From contig CALMJY010000330.1 in the NCBI GenBank assembly GCA_937864815.1, forward strand, positions 1 to 59,385: DNA of 59,385 bases, given 5' to 3'. The DNA is from an uncultured Bacteroidota bacterium (GTDB taxonomy: Bacteria; Bacteroidota; Bacteroidia; Bacteroidales; VadinHA17). Made by a program: the position numbers and the translations under genes. Every line of letters begins with the position of its first letter. The stretch's first letter is position 1. The notes under the pieces are model-generated. The model worked only from the letters and a program-made list of their open reading frames with translations. It searched no databases and had not been told where the DNA came from. Below are positions 11,467 to 21,339 of this stretch, piece after piece.

Positions 11467-12855
11467 ATGAAAAGAACGAAGATTAAAGAACTTCTGACTT
11501 CAACCAAAACAGGATCGGAGATTCTGGTTAAAGGATGGGTCAGAACAAAGAGGGGAAACAGGAATATTGCCTTTATTGCCTTAAATGACGGGTCAACAAT
11601 AAATAATATCCAGGTAGTTGTCGATGCAGTAAAATTCGATGAAAATCTTCTTAAGGACATCACCACCGGATCGTGTATAGCTGTTAAAGGGAAGCTTGTT
11701 GAATCACAGGGTCAGGGTCAGCATGTTGAAGTAGATGCTTCGGAAATTGAACTTTATGGCAAGAGTGATGCTGAGTCTTATCCTCTTCAGAAAAAGGGCC
11801 ATTCCATGGAGTTTTTAAGGGAGAATGCTCATCTCCGGTTCAGGACAAATACCTTTGGTGCAGTTTTCAGGATAAGGCATGCCATGGCATATGCAATCCA
11901 TAAATATTTCAACGATAAGGGATTCTACTATCTTCATACTCCGATCATTACCGGGAGCGATTGTGAAGGTGCTGGTGAAATGTTCCATGTAACAACTCTC
12001 GATCTTAAAAATATCCCCCGTAATGATGATGGCAATATTGATTTTAAAACTGATTTCTACGGTAAGGAGACACACCTTACTGTTTCCGGTCAGCTTGAGG
12101 GTGAACTTGGTGCTCTGGCATTGGGTGAGATCTATACTTTCGGACCTACCTTTCGTGCAGAGAATTCAAATACCCCGCGCCATCTCTCGGAATTCTGGAT
12201 GATTGAACCTGAGATGGCATTTTATAACCTGGATGATAACATGGATCTGGCTGAGGAATTTGTTAAATATCTTATAAAATATGCCCTCGAAAACTGCCGC
12301 GAAGATCTTGAATTTCTCAATAATATGATTGAAAAGGGTCTTCTTGAAAGGCTGAATTTCGTCCTTAACAATGAGTTTATCCGGATGACATATACTGAAG
12401 CCGTTTCTATACTAACAGGTTCCTCAAGAAAATGGGAATATCCGGTTGGCTGGGGACGTGATCTGCAGGCAGAGCATGAGCGTTACCTGGTTGAGGAACA
12501 TTTTAAACGCCCGGTAATTCTTACCGATTACCCAAAGGAAATAAAAGCCTTTTACATGAAACAGAATGATGACGGTAAGACTGTCAGGGCAATGGATGTA
12601 CTTTTTCCGGGTATCGGAGAAATAATAGGCGGCTCACAGAGGGAGGAAAATTACGATAAACTTTTAAGCAGGATAAGGGAAATGAAGATGCCGGAGAAGG
12701 ATCTCTGGTGGTATCTGGATACACGAAAATTCGGGACTGCTCCACATAGCGGATTTGGTCTTGGTTTTGAAAGACTGATTCTTTTCGTTACCGGGATGTC
12801 AAACATCCGGGATGTTATACCATTCCCGAGAACTCCCAAAAATGCAGAATTCTAG
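11467..12855 (+). CDS. asnS: Asparagine--tRNA ligase
   Basis: OB-fold [35 protein letters not shown]. Confidence 0.97.
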   Translation: MKRTKIKELLTSTKTGSEILVKGWVRTKRGNRNIAFIALNDGSTINNIQVVVDAVKFDENLLKDITTGSCIAVKGKLVESQGQGQHVEVDASEIELYGKSDAESYPLQKKGHSMEFLRENAHLRFRTNTFGAVFRIRHAMAYAIHKYFNDKGFYYLHTPIITGSDCEGAGEMFHVTTLDLKNIPRNDDGNIDFKTDFYGKETHLTVSGQLEGELGALALGEIYTFGPTFRAENSNTPRHLSEFWMIEPEMAFYNLDDNMDLAEEFVKYLIKYALENCREDLEFLNNMIEKGLLERLNFVLNNEFIRMTYTEAVSILTGSSRKWEYPVGWGRDLQAEHERYLVEEHFKRPVILTDYPKEIKAFYMKQNDDGKTVRAMDVLFPGIGEIIGGSQREENYDKLLSRIREMKMPEKDLWWYLDTRKFGTAPHSGFGLGFERLILFVTGMSNIRDVIPFPRTPKNAEF

Positions 12856-12890
12856 GAAAAATATTCTGATCGCATAGTGTAATTAACGTC

Positions 12891-14348
12891 ATGTTAAGAC
12901 AAAAACTTCAGCAGAAGCTGCTTCAGAAGCTTTCACCGCAGCAGATACAAATGATCAAGCTGCTGGAGGTCCCTACTCTTCAGATCGAGGAACGGATAAA
13001 AAAGGAGCTTGAAGAGAATCCTGCACTTGAGGAAGGGGTTGAAGATGAAGAGATGGCTCCTGGCACTGAGGATGAGGATCAGTATGAGGAGAATGATAAG
13101 GATCAGGAAGAATTTACACTTGATGATTATATTGAGGATGATGATATTCCTGATTACCGTCTTCAGGCAAAGAATACCAGCAAGGATGATGAAAGAAGAG
13201 CTGAGATCCCTTTCTCGGTTGGATATTCTTTTCATGAGCACCTGGAATCGCAGCTCGGACTAAGGGATCTTACTGAGAAGCAAAAGGTTCTCGGAGAATA
13301 TATTATCGGTAATATAGATGAGGACGGATATCTGAGGCGCGAACTTGCCAATATAGTAGATGACCTTGCATTTCTCCAGAATATTGAGACAACAGAGCAG
13401 GAGCTTGAAGAGGTGTTGAAAATAATTCAGGACCTGGAGCCGGCAGGTGTTGGAGCAAGAACACTTAAAGAATGTCTTCTTCTCCAGATATCCAAAAGGG
13501 ATAAAACACAGCCTTCTGCTCAGCTGGCACACATAATTCTGGAATCCTATTTTGAGGAGTTCAGCAAAAGGCATTATGATAAGATTGTAACCCGTCTGAA
13601 TATCACGGAGAATGAGCTTAAAGCTGCTATTGATGAGGTGCTGAAACTTAATCCAAAACCGGGTGGCGTTTACAGTGATCCGTTCAATAAATCATCCCAG
13701 CCTGTTATTCCTGATTTTATTCTGGAGCTTACAGAAGATGGTTTTGATCTTCATCTTAATTCCAGGAACCTGCCTGAACTCAGGCTAAGCTCTGCCTACA
13801 ATGAAATGCTACAGTCATACAGCAGAGATAAAAGCCAGAAAAAAGAGATGCGTGATGCCGTTCAGTTTGTCAAGCAGAAGATTGATTCTGCCAGATGGTT
13901 TATAGATGCTATCAAACAGAGACAGAATACATTGCTCCTTACAATGAATGCCATTCTTGAATATCAGAAGGAATATTTCGTGGAAGGAGATGAAACAAAG
14001 CTGAAGCCAATGATACTGAAAGATGTCGCGGAAATGACAGGTTTTGATATCTCCACCGTATCCCGGGTAGCCAACAGCAAATTCATCCAGACACATTTTG
14101 GCATTTTCCCTCTCAAGTTTTTCTTTTCGGAAGGACTGCAGACTGATACAGGCGAGGAGGTTTCAACAAGGGAGATAAAAAGAATATTACAGGATTGTAT
14201 TGATAATGAGGAAAAAAGAAGGCCGCTTACAGATGAACGGCTTACTGAGATTCTTCAGGAAAAAGGATACCAGATTGCACGAAGAACTGTTGCAAAATAC
14301 CGTGAGCAGCTTAATATTCCGGTAGCAAGGCTTAGAAAAGAGATCTAG
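12891..14348 (+). CDS. rpoN: RNA polymerase sigma-54 factor
   Basis: Gln/Leu-rich region I, EPAGVGARTL, STVSRV helix-turn-helix, RpoN box ARRTVAKYRE. Confidence 0.97.
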   Translation: MLRQKLQQKLLQKLSPQQIQMIKLLEVPTLQIEERIKKELEENPALEEGVEDEEMAPGTEDEDQYEENDKDQEEFTLDDYIEDDDIPDYRLQAKNTSKDDERRAEIPFSVGYSFHEHLESQLGLRDLTEKQKVLGEYIIGNIDEDGYLRRELANIVDDLAFLQNIETTEQELEEVLKIIQDLEPAGVGARTLKECLLLQISKRDKTQPSAQLAHIILESYFEEFSKRHYDKIVTRLNITENELKAAIDEVLKLNPKPGGVYSDPFNKSSQPVIPDFILELTEDGFDLHLNSRNLPELRLSSAYNEMLQSYSRDKSQKKEMRDAVQFVKQKIDSARWFIDAIKQRQNTLLLTMNAILEYQKEYFVEGDETKLKPMILKDVAEMTGFDISTVSRVANSKFIQTHFGIFPLKFFFSEGLQTDTGEEVSTREIKRILQDCIDNEEKRRPLTDERLTEILQEKGYQIARRTVAKYREQLNIPVARLRKEI

Positions 14349-14358
14349 CAATTTTGGG

Positions 14359-14991
14359 ATGGAAAATAATAAGACAGAGGTTATACTGACAAAAACTGCA
14401 AAGGCAATTTCAATAGCCTTTCATCCTCTTTTTATGCCATTGTACGGACTGATAATTATTTTTTCGGCACCAACTCTCTTTGGATACCTTCCTCCGAATG
14501 TTAAGCGAATATTGTTTTTTATAGTGTTAATTAACAATGTTTTATTGCCAATATCATTACTTCCGTATCTGCGATACAGAAATCATATCACTTCATGGTC
14601 AATGGAAAACAGAAAGGAAAGAATGCTGCCATTGTTTATTGCAACAATCCTTTATGCCGCAACATCCTATATAATAATCAGGTACCCTGTACCTGTTTTT
14701 ATAAAGACATTCATTGCAGGTATTTTTATAGTATCACTCTCTGTTACAGCTATTAATCTCTGGTGGAAGATTTCAATCCATTCTGTCGCAGCAGGATCAA
14801 TAGCAGCTCTTGTACTTGTTCTTTCTATTAAAATGAATTCCACGCTGCTCTGGCCACTTCTTATTGTAATCCTTGGTTCAGGTCTTACTCTTTCTGCCCG
14901 GCTAAAACTTAATGCACACAGTCCCCTCGAGGTCTGGACCGGCTTTTTATTCGGATATGCAGGACTTGGACTACTGTTGTGGCTTATCTAA
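14359..14991 (+). CDS. Integral membrane protein, PAP2-like
   Basis: About 6-7 hydrophobic segments; WKISIHS and SARLKLNAHSPLEV resemble PAP2 C2/C3 motifs. Confidence 0.55.
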   Translation: MENNKTEVILTKTAKAISIAFHPLFMPLYGLIIIFSAPTLFGYLPPNVKRILFFIVLINNVLLPISLLPYLRYRNHITSWSMENRKERMLPLFIATILYAATSYIIIRYPVPVFIKTFIAGIFIVSLSVTAINLWWKISIHSVAAGSIAALVLVLSIKMNSTLLWPLLIVILGSGLTLSARLKLNAHSPLEVWTGFLFGYAGLGLLLWLI

Positions 14992-16077
14992 TAATTCTTC
15001 CAGTGCCCTATGTAGCAGTATGCTGCTGTCTCTGACAATTTCTGAATTATCAAATGTTTTCCTCCCGGGAAAAAGAGTATTCCCATTCAGATATTTTTGT
15101 TTCAGGTATGAAAACAGGCCCTTTTCCGAGAGATATTCTGCCAGGTATTCCTGTTCTGTCTGACCCGGTGTCGGAATAAGCAATGCACTGCTATTAAGCA
15201 CAATAAGATCCATTATACCGGTGTAGCCGGATCTGCAGATAATACCATTACTGCCGGAGATTAATTTTACCATTCCGGCTGAAGGTAAATGGCTGTAAAG
15301 GGTGATATTCCCAACCTTTACAGGCTCTCTTTTAAGCAGCGGTTTTCCCTCAAGAATAACTGTTGAAGTTTCCTTGTTCCTGAAAATTTCTATTATCTTT
15401 TTCTTCAGCAACTCTTTCTGTTGCAGAGGCCCTGAAAGAATTACAGTATTATATGAAGGATCAGCAACCCTGATGTCGGCCTTTATTATATATGAAAAAC
15501 GTGAAAGGATGCCTATGTATCTTACATTATCAGGGAGCCTCAATCCGTGCGACAATCTTCCTGATATATTCTTTTCACCAGGAAGATCCGGTATGTAGCA
15601 AAAATCGTATCTCCTGATTATCAGCCTGTGCAGGAGAATCCCTGCAGGTTCCAGATACCTGAAAGGTTTAGGGAAAGGTATACGGGGCATATGGGTGATA
15701 TATACAGTTTTTATCCGGCTGTTCCATAATCCAAAACGGTTATCGCTTATGACTATATCGACCGAATAATCAGATATGATCCTTTTCAGCCTGAAATGTT
15801 CACTGGTTATATGAAATATAAGCTTAGGCAGATTAAACAGTATTGATAAATACTGAGGCAGGTAACGTGAATATCCGGGATTATATCCCGGGAAGTCTAT
15901 GCAGCAACAATCCGGAAGTTCGCTACGGATAAGGCTGAGATGTTCTATGCCTGAGGCAAAGATTACATTGTGACCGAGTTTCTTAAGTTCATATGCAACA
16001 AGGATCATGCGTGTTGCATGGCCCAGCCCCCATTCAAGCGGGCAAATCAGGATATTTTTTTTGCTTTCCAAAGTCAA
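14971..16077 (-). CDS. GT-B glycosyltransferase (GT28/MurG-like superfamily)
   Basis: WGLGHATR, VISDNRFG, ICRSGY, PTPGQTEQEYLA. Confidence 0.8.
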   Translation of the reverse strand: MTLESKKNILICPLEWGLGHATRMILVAYELKKLGHNVIFASGIEHLSLIRSELPDCCCIDFPGYNPGYSRYLPQYLSILFNLPKLIFHITSEHFRLKRIISDYSVDIVISDNRFGLWNSRIKTVYITHMPRIPFPKPFRYLEPAGILLHRLIIRRYDFCYIPDLPGEKNISGRLSHGLRLPDNVRYIGILSRFSYIIKADIRVADPSYNTVILSGPLQQKELLKKKIIEIFRNKETSTVILEGKPLLKREPVKVGNITLYSHLPSAGMVKLISGSNGIICRSGYTGIMDLIVLNSSALLIPTPGQTEQEYLAEYLSEKGLFSYLKQKYLNGNTLFPGRKTFDNSEIVRDSSILLHRALEELLDKPQQ

Positions 16078-16856
16078 CCGGAAACCTGTGTTTTGATACC
16101 CAGATCATTTACCATTTTAGCAATTGAATGCAGATCCTTAAGCGGAATCTTCTCAAGGTCACCTCCCTCCGGGGTATCTCTCGAGATTGTATATATCATT
16201 ACCTCTGATGGTCTGATCTCTTTTATTGCATTTAGCCACCCTTCCAGTTCTTCCTGTGTAGTATTGTCAATTGCATGACCTTTATACGATCCTCTCAGGA
16301 ACAGGGTCTGCACAATAAGTTTTCCATTGAACTTTTTCAGTTCATTTATCAGATCTGCTGCGGTTATTTTTTTATTTGGCTGATTGTGAAGCTGAATCGT
16401 ATTATCACAGGCAGAATCAAGTTTGAGGATATTCTGGTCCACTTTAAGAAGTGCTTCCCTGATATGAGGCTTTGTAATTGTTGTGGCATTTGATAAAACT
16501 GCAATCGTTGCATTCCTGAAATATTTGTTTCGGAGCTCAATGCTGTCGTCAATTATTCCCGGGAATTCAGGATGAAGAGTTGGTTCCCCGTTTCCCGCAT
16601 AGGTTATAACATCAAGATGCTGGCCCTTCTCCCTCATAGATGAGAGTTTTTGGTCGAGGGCTTCGTATACCTCCTTGCGTGAAGGAAGGGAGCTTAAATT
16701 CTTACCATAATCATTTGTCCATCCGCATTCACAGTAAATGCAGTTGAAATTGCATATTTTCTTCATAACAGGCAGAAGATTTATTCCGAGCGATACGCCC
16801 AGTCTTCTGCTCCTGACAGGTCCGAAAATTATTTCATCAAAAAGAAAAGTAGCCAT
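16074..16856 (-). CDS. Radical SAM protein (Tyw1-related bacterial family)
   Basis: GPVRSRRLGVSLGINL, CNFNCIYC, GNGEPTLHP. Confidence 0.85.
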   Translation of the reverse strand: MATFLFDEIIFGPVRSRRLGVSLGINLLPVMKKICNFNCIYCECGWTNDYGKNLSSLPSRKEVYEALDQKLSSMREKGQHLDVITYAGNGEPTLHPEFPGIIDDSIELRNKYFRNATIAVLSNATTITKPHIREALLKVDQNILKLDSACDNTIQLHNQPNKKITAADLINELKKFNGKLIVQTLFLRGSYKGHAIDNTTQEELEGWLNAIKEIRPSEVMIYTISRDTPEGGDLEKIPLKDLHSIAKMVNDLGIKTQVSG

Positions 16857-16886
16857 TTTACATTAACCTTTCCGATAGTAATATTT

Positions 16887-18062
16887 CTATATCAGTATTG
16901 AGACAGATGTCTCAGGTTTAATTCTGAGATTGATAAGATCAATATCCCTGAGAAGAAGTAATCCGGGCTTTTTCCCGGGTTCAATACTTCCGAAGTTTTC
17001 AGTCTCTCCAAGTGCTTCTGCTCCGTTAATTGTTGCCCATTCTATTAATTCCTGAAGCGGCACAGAAGGAAAGTTTTTCTGCAGAAGCTTTAATTCTGAA
17101 AGAATACTCAGTCTCTCATTAGATGCCAGGCTATCTGTTCCTGTAACAATCTTACAATCAGCTTCACGAAGCATATTTGCAGGAGGCAGCTTGCTTTCAA
17201 TATAAATATTTGAACCCGGGCAAAGACACCAGTAGGTGTTCCCCCTGCTATTCACCTTGTCAATAGTTGTTCTGTCTGCAAAAGTATTGTGAACCAGAAC
17301 CAGGTTCCCCGACGGTGTTATTTCATTCAGAACCGCATCTTCATGGCTGCTGACTGTCAGCGGATTTGCCGGCATCAGACCGGATTTTAAATATGATTGG
17401 GCAATAGCACCTGTCTTATTATTCAGGAACTCTTTTTCCTCTTCAGTTTCCATGAAATGAATGGATGTAACCTTATTTCCTTCAGTCAGTTCTCTTATAA
17501 GTCTGAATAGAGGGAGCGAAGTGGAATAGACAGCATGAGGGATAATATATGTCGGGAGGTACTTTTTCCTTGATATTTCAGCTATTCCTTTTGCTTCACC
17601 GATTCGTTTTTCTGCCCTGGCCGGATCAATACCAAACACCTCAATGAGGTTTATGTATTTTATTTTGCTTTTAACTTTGATTTCGAAGGAAGAGTCATCG
17701 TTGCAGATATCTGCACAAAGCACTATACCCTCTCCTGCCATTTCCTCATCTGCTTTTTCAGCTGCTTTACATATTGAATCAGAATCTTTATCTCTGGTGC
17801 TTCTTACCTGTTGAATAAATTCACTAAGGCCTGATCCCTTCTTCGCAGATCCTTTGAGATGAGATAGTTCAAGATGGCAATGACAGTTAACAAAGCCCGG
17901 GACTATTACTCCGTTATAAAATTCAACAGAACGGCGCTCCGCAATTAAACCGCCAGTATTCTCCACTTCAAGTATAACCCCGTTATCGTCAGTTTTTATT
18001 ATCCCTCTTTTCAGAGGCTTGCCTGCGTTGGTGAAGATGTACTGTGCAGAAAACTGTTTCAT
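16887..18062 (-). CDS. Metal-dependent amidohydrolase, nucleoside deaminase-like
   Basis: PGFVNCHCHLELSH, PHAVYS, HFME (HxxE), CPGSN, GTDSLASN. Confidence 0.8.
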   Translation of the reverse strand: MKQFSAQYIFTNAGKPLKRGIIKTDDNGVILEVENTGGLIAERRSVEFYNGVIVPGFVNCHCHLELSHLKGSAKKGSGLSEFIQQVRSTRDKDSDSICKAAEKADEEMAGEGIVLCADICNDDSSFEIKVKSKIKYINLIEVFGIDPARAEKRIGEAKGIAEISRKKYLPTYIIPHAVYSTSLPLFRLIRELTEGNKVTSIHFMETEEEKEFLNNKTGAIAQSYLKSGLMPANPLTVSSHEDAVLNEITPSGNLVLVHNTFADRTTIDKVNSRGNTYWCLCPGSNIYIESKLPPANMLREADCKIVTGTDSLASNERLSILSELKLLQKNFPSVPLQELIEWATINGAEALGETENFGSIEPGKKPGLLLLRDIDLINLRIKPETSVSILI

Positions 18063-18859
18063 ATATCAGACTGTGGGATGCTCAGGGAAATGTTTTCAAA
18101 CCTTACATGTTTCTGCCACTCATCAAGGCAGTTGGTCGGCTCGTAAAGAGTTCCCTTTAGTATAATGGGCTCATTTGATGAAACAAAGATCCTGACTGAG
18201 TATGTGTGCGGTTTACCGTCTTTCAGGAAAACAGGAGTCTCATACCATGTTTTTACGCCTGTATTTAAACTGTCGGCATCACATGAGAATGCTCTGGTTT
18301 TTGCATTTACTGACTGATCATCAGGGAATAGAGTGGCAGTAAATTTAAGTGTGTAGAGACGGCTGCCTGCAAGAGAAACTTCAAATCCCACAGCTTTTAT
18401 ATCCGTGCCGTCAGGAAAATAATAGCCTTTCTCTCCGGGCCAGATATTTGTCATTTTTTCACGATTTAGCATCACCTCTTTCTGAAGAAGTGATTCCATT
18501 TCGCTTAATTCTCCAAGTATCTTATCGTAGATCTTAATCAGTTTTTTAGGTTTGCTTATAAAATAGTAGCGTATTGTTTTGTCAAAAGCCTCCTTTGTAT
18601 AGCCATGTTTTTCAGACAGATAATGGTAAGTCGAAATTGAATCTATCGACAATACCCAGTTCTGGATCTTTGGATTTGCCAGCAATCCGTCGGCGAGATG
18701 TATCTCCTTCAGGAGCGGAATAAAATCCTTTTCCGGGATAATGCCCGATCTGTCAGGTTTTTCCTCCTTCCCTGTGCATGAAATAATAAGAAGTGCTGAG
18801 ATCAGATATATTATAAGATTGCGAACGGGCATGTATTTCAATTTCATTTCGGATTTCAT
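18059..18859 (-). CDS. DUF4296-like lipoprotein with extra C-terminal domain
   Basis: Lipobox IISC; IIPEKDFIPLLKEIHLADG and KHGYTKEAFDKTIRYY; start may be 18832. Confidence 0.65.
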   Translation of the reverse strand: MKSEMKLKYMPVRNLIIYLISALLIISCTGKEEKPDRSGIIPEKDFIPLLKEIHLADGLLANPKIQNWVLSIDSISTYHYLSEKHGYTKEAFDKTIRYYFISKPKKLIKIYDKILGELSEMESLLQKEVMLNREKMTNIWPGEKGYYFPDGTDIKAVGFEVSLAGSRLYTLKFTATLFPDDQSVNAKTRAFSCDADSLNTGVKTWYETPVFLKDGKPHTYSVRIFVSSNEPIILKGTLYEPTNCLDEWQKHVRFENISLSIPQSDI

Positions 18860-18880
18860 CTGTAAAGATAATAACTGATT

Positions 18881-20101
18881 TCAGACATTCTTACTGAGAA
18901 ATTTCCGCGTAAGGTACCGGACGGGGTACCAGGCTGCCCAATAGCCAATCAGGAGTACAGTTGCCGGGACGATTATGAAATCCTTTAGCTTCATTATAAC
19001 AGGGTAAGCATCCATAATCAGAGATGTGCTCTGCAGCCTGACAAGACCGAATGTCTGCTGCAACCAGCAGACAAAGAATCCAAGAATTAATCCGGCAGCA
19101 GCACCGATTATTGAAATGAGCCAACCTTCAAAAATGAATATCTTCCTGATAAGATTATTATCAGCGCCAAGACTTTTCAGAATTTCGATATCACGTTCCT
19201 TTTCAATTATAAGCATCGTAAGGGAACCAATAATATTAAATGAGGCAATTACAAGGATCAGTGTGAGAATCATAAAGATAGCAAGTCTCTCAGACCTCAT
19301 CACCTTATAAAAGATTTCCTGTTGCTCAAACCTGTTTTTAACTACAAAGCCATCGCCAAAGATCTTCCTGATCTTTTTCTCCAATGCTTTGGTATCAGGT
19401 GATGCTGTCCGTATTTCAATTGCACTTACTGCTCCATCGTTTTCAGTAAGTTCCCTCGCAAATTCCAGAGGCAGGTAGATATACTTTGAGTCATACTCTT
19501 TTTCAACTTCGAAAATACCTGACGGGAAAATATACTTTCTGTTGAAAGCATTTTCAGCATTCATCCCGGTGCTTCCTGATTTGCGGGGGACATAAATATT
19601 GAGAGGGGTTATAAAATTAACCCTGATTCCCAGATATTGTGATACTCCAAGTCCGGGTACAGCATAAGGTCTACCGTTGTCTGCAGCAAGAATGAATTCT
19701 CCTTCCCACATTGAACTGTCAATGCCTGAAACAAGAGGATAATTCTCATCAACACCTTTAATAGTTGCAATATATTGACGTTCACCATATTTAAGCAGGG
19801 CGTTCTCTTCAATAGTAAGTGAATAGCATGACACACCCTCAGTTTCAGAAAGTAACTTCAACCGGACAGAATCAGCAACAAACGTTTTACCCTCAGCTGC
19901 TGTAATCTCTATTTCGGGGTCGAAAGTGTTAAATATTGAGCTGACCATTTTCTCCAGCCCGTTGAAAACCGATAACACTATTATCAGGGCCATAGTTCCA
20001 ACTGTAACCCCGGCAACCGAAACAGCAGATATAACATTTATGGCATTCCGCGATTTTTTTGCGAAAAGGTACCTTTTTGCTATGTACAAAGAGAGTTTCA
20101 T
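18881..20101 (-). CDS. LolC/E-FtsX-like ABC permease
   Basis: IAKRYLFAKKS, VLSVFNGL, IASFNIIGSLTMLIIEK; ATG 20101 avoids overlap with the upstream gene. Confidence 0.85.
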   Translation of the reverse strand: MKLSLYIAKRYLFAKKSRNAINVISAVSVAGVTVGTMALIIVLSVFNGLEKMVSSIFNTFDPEIEITAAEGKTFVADSVRLKLLSETEGVSCYSLTIEENALLKYGERQYIATIKGVDENYPLVSGIDSSMWEGEFILAADNGRPYAVPGLGVSQYLGIRVNFITPLNIYVPRKSGSTGMNAENAFNRKYIFPSGIFEVEKEYDSKYIYLPLEFARELTENDGAVSAIEIRTASPDTKALEKKIRKIFGDGFVVKNRFEQQEIFYKVMRSERLAIFMILTLILVIASFNIIGSLTMLIIEKERDIEILKSLGADNNLIRKIFIFEGWLISIIGAAAGLILGFFVCWLQQTFGLVRLQSTSLIMDAYPVIMKLKDFIIVPATVLLIGYWAAWYPVRYLTRKFLSKNV

Positions 20102-20105
20102 TATG

Positions 20106-20915
20106 CTACTTCTGTGCAATTACCAGTAATCCTGTTCCCTCTTTATGACTTATTTTAAGGTCGAGATAGTTAAGAATAAGGGTGACCGGAAAAAATATCA
20201 GATACCAGAAAGGTAAAACAATGAAAAACAGGTAAGATATATTCAGCATCTTAATGGGGTATTTCATAGACAGTCTCCATGATATGTTTCCAGGCAATCC
20301 GTATGTGTATTTAACATTAATCTTTCCGAATCCTGCCCTGGTTAGTTTTTCTGTTATGTCTATCCTGCTGTATCCATCTCTGACATGTTCTCCGATAAAT
20401 GAATCCTCATGTTCGCTGTGCACATCAGAACCTCCTTTGTCAGAAGGTGTTGAGATAATAAGCGATCCTTTATCCCTTAGGGCATTGCAGAAATTCCCAA
20501 ATACCTTTTCATCCTCTTCAATATGTTCCATTACATCCACAGAGAGGATAAGATCGTAGCAACTTGTTTCTGAAAGTTTTGTCAGGTCAAGTGTTTCAAG
20601 AAATATCCTGTCAGATAAACCTGAATTATCAAAAAAGGCTGCACAATCTGCAATATGCTCACTGTCGATATCTACTGCCTTTATCCTTGAAAAACTATTC
20701 ATCCGGCTCATTCTCCATGTGTATTGTCCGAATCCGCAACCCGCGTCCAGGATTTTCATGTCATTGCTGTATCCGGCTGAAACCATGCGGAGTACTCTTT
20801 TTACATGCCACGTACGTAAAAGAAGGAGATCAAGCATGAAATAGAAACTTTTTCTCATAAAGAGCGATCCGGAAAAGAACCGGCCCAGGACTTTTTTGAT
20901 CGGATCGTATTTCAT
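20106..20915 (-). CDS. Class I SAM-dependent methyltransferase with C-terminal hydrophobic segment
   Basis: ILDAGCGFGQY, YDLILSVDVMEHI, IISTP, EHVRDGY. Confidence 0.85.
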   Translation of the reverse strand: MKYDPIKKVLGRFFSGSLFMRKSFYFMLDLLLLRTWHVKRVLRMVSAGYSNDMKILDAGCGFGQYTWRMSRMNSFSRIKAVDIDSEHIADCAAFFDNSGLSDRIFLETLDLTKLSETSCYDLILSVDVMEHIEEDEKVFGNFCNALRDKGSLIISTPSDKGGSDVHSEHEDSFIGEHVRDGYSRIDITEKLTRAGFGKINVKYTYGLPGNISWRLSMKYPIKMLNISYLFFIVLPFWYLIFFPVTLILNYLDLKISHKEGTGLLVIAQK

Positions 20916-20920
20916 TTATC

Positions 20921-21265
20921 TCAGGATTTGAGCAGCTTGTCTATTTTGTCGATATAATCAAGGCTGTCATCAATGTGAAAAGCAATTTCGGGAACTATTC
21001 TGAGCTGTGACCTTATTTTATGTCCGAGGTCAAATCTTATTCTTGAATTATGTTCTTCAATTGATTTGAGTATATCATCCTGCCCGGCTGCCGGGAAAAT
21101 GCTTATAAATACTTTCGCAAATGAGAGATCGGGGCTCACCCTGACCTTTGTAATTGAGATCAGTTTACCGTGAGCTAATTCATTTCCTTTTTTAATGAAT
21201 ATATCGGCCAGCTCCTTTTGTATCAGTCGTGCTACTTTCTTCTGTCTTGTCGATTCCATGGCCAC
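20921..21265 (-). CDS. rbfA: Ribosome-binding factor A
   Basis: RQKKVARLIQKEL, VRVSPDLSFAKVF, LRIVPEIAFHIDDSL. Confidence 0.95.
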   Translation of the reverse strand: MAMESTRQKKVARLIQKELADIFIKKGNELAHGKLISITKVRVSPDLSFAKVFISIFPAAGQDDILKSIEEHNSRIRFDLGHKIRSQLRIVPEIAFHIDDSLDYIDKIDKLLKS

Positions 21266-21281
21266 TTGTTAATTAGTGCGG

Positions 21282-21318
21282 CAAAGGTAAGAAAAAAGAC
21301 GCCTTTTTATTACATTTG
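21282..21318. promoter_or_regulatory. Divergent -7 elements for rbfA (-) and trpS (+)
   Basis: TACCTTTG on - at 21282-21289; TACATTTG on + at 21311-21318. Confidence 0.65.
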
Positions 21319-21339
21319 CAGGAATTTTAAAAGTAAGCA

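Noticed and set aside
21266-21339. T-box or attenuator leader before trpS (also checked asnS and metG)
   Set aside because: Leaders are only ~20-30 nt from the -7 box to the start codon, leaving no room and showing no motif.
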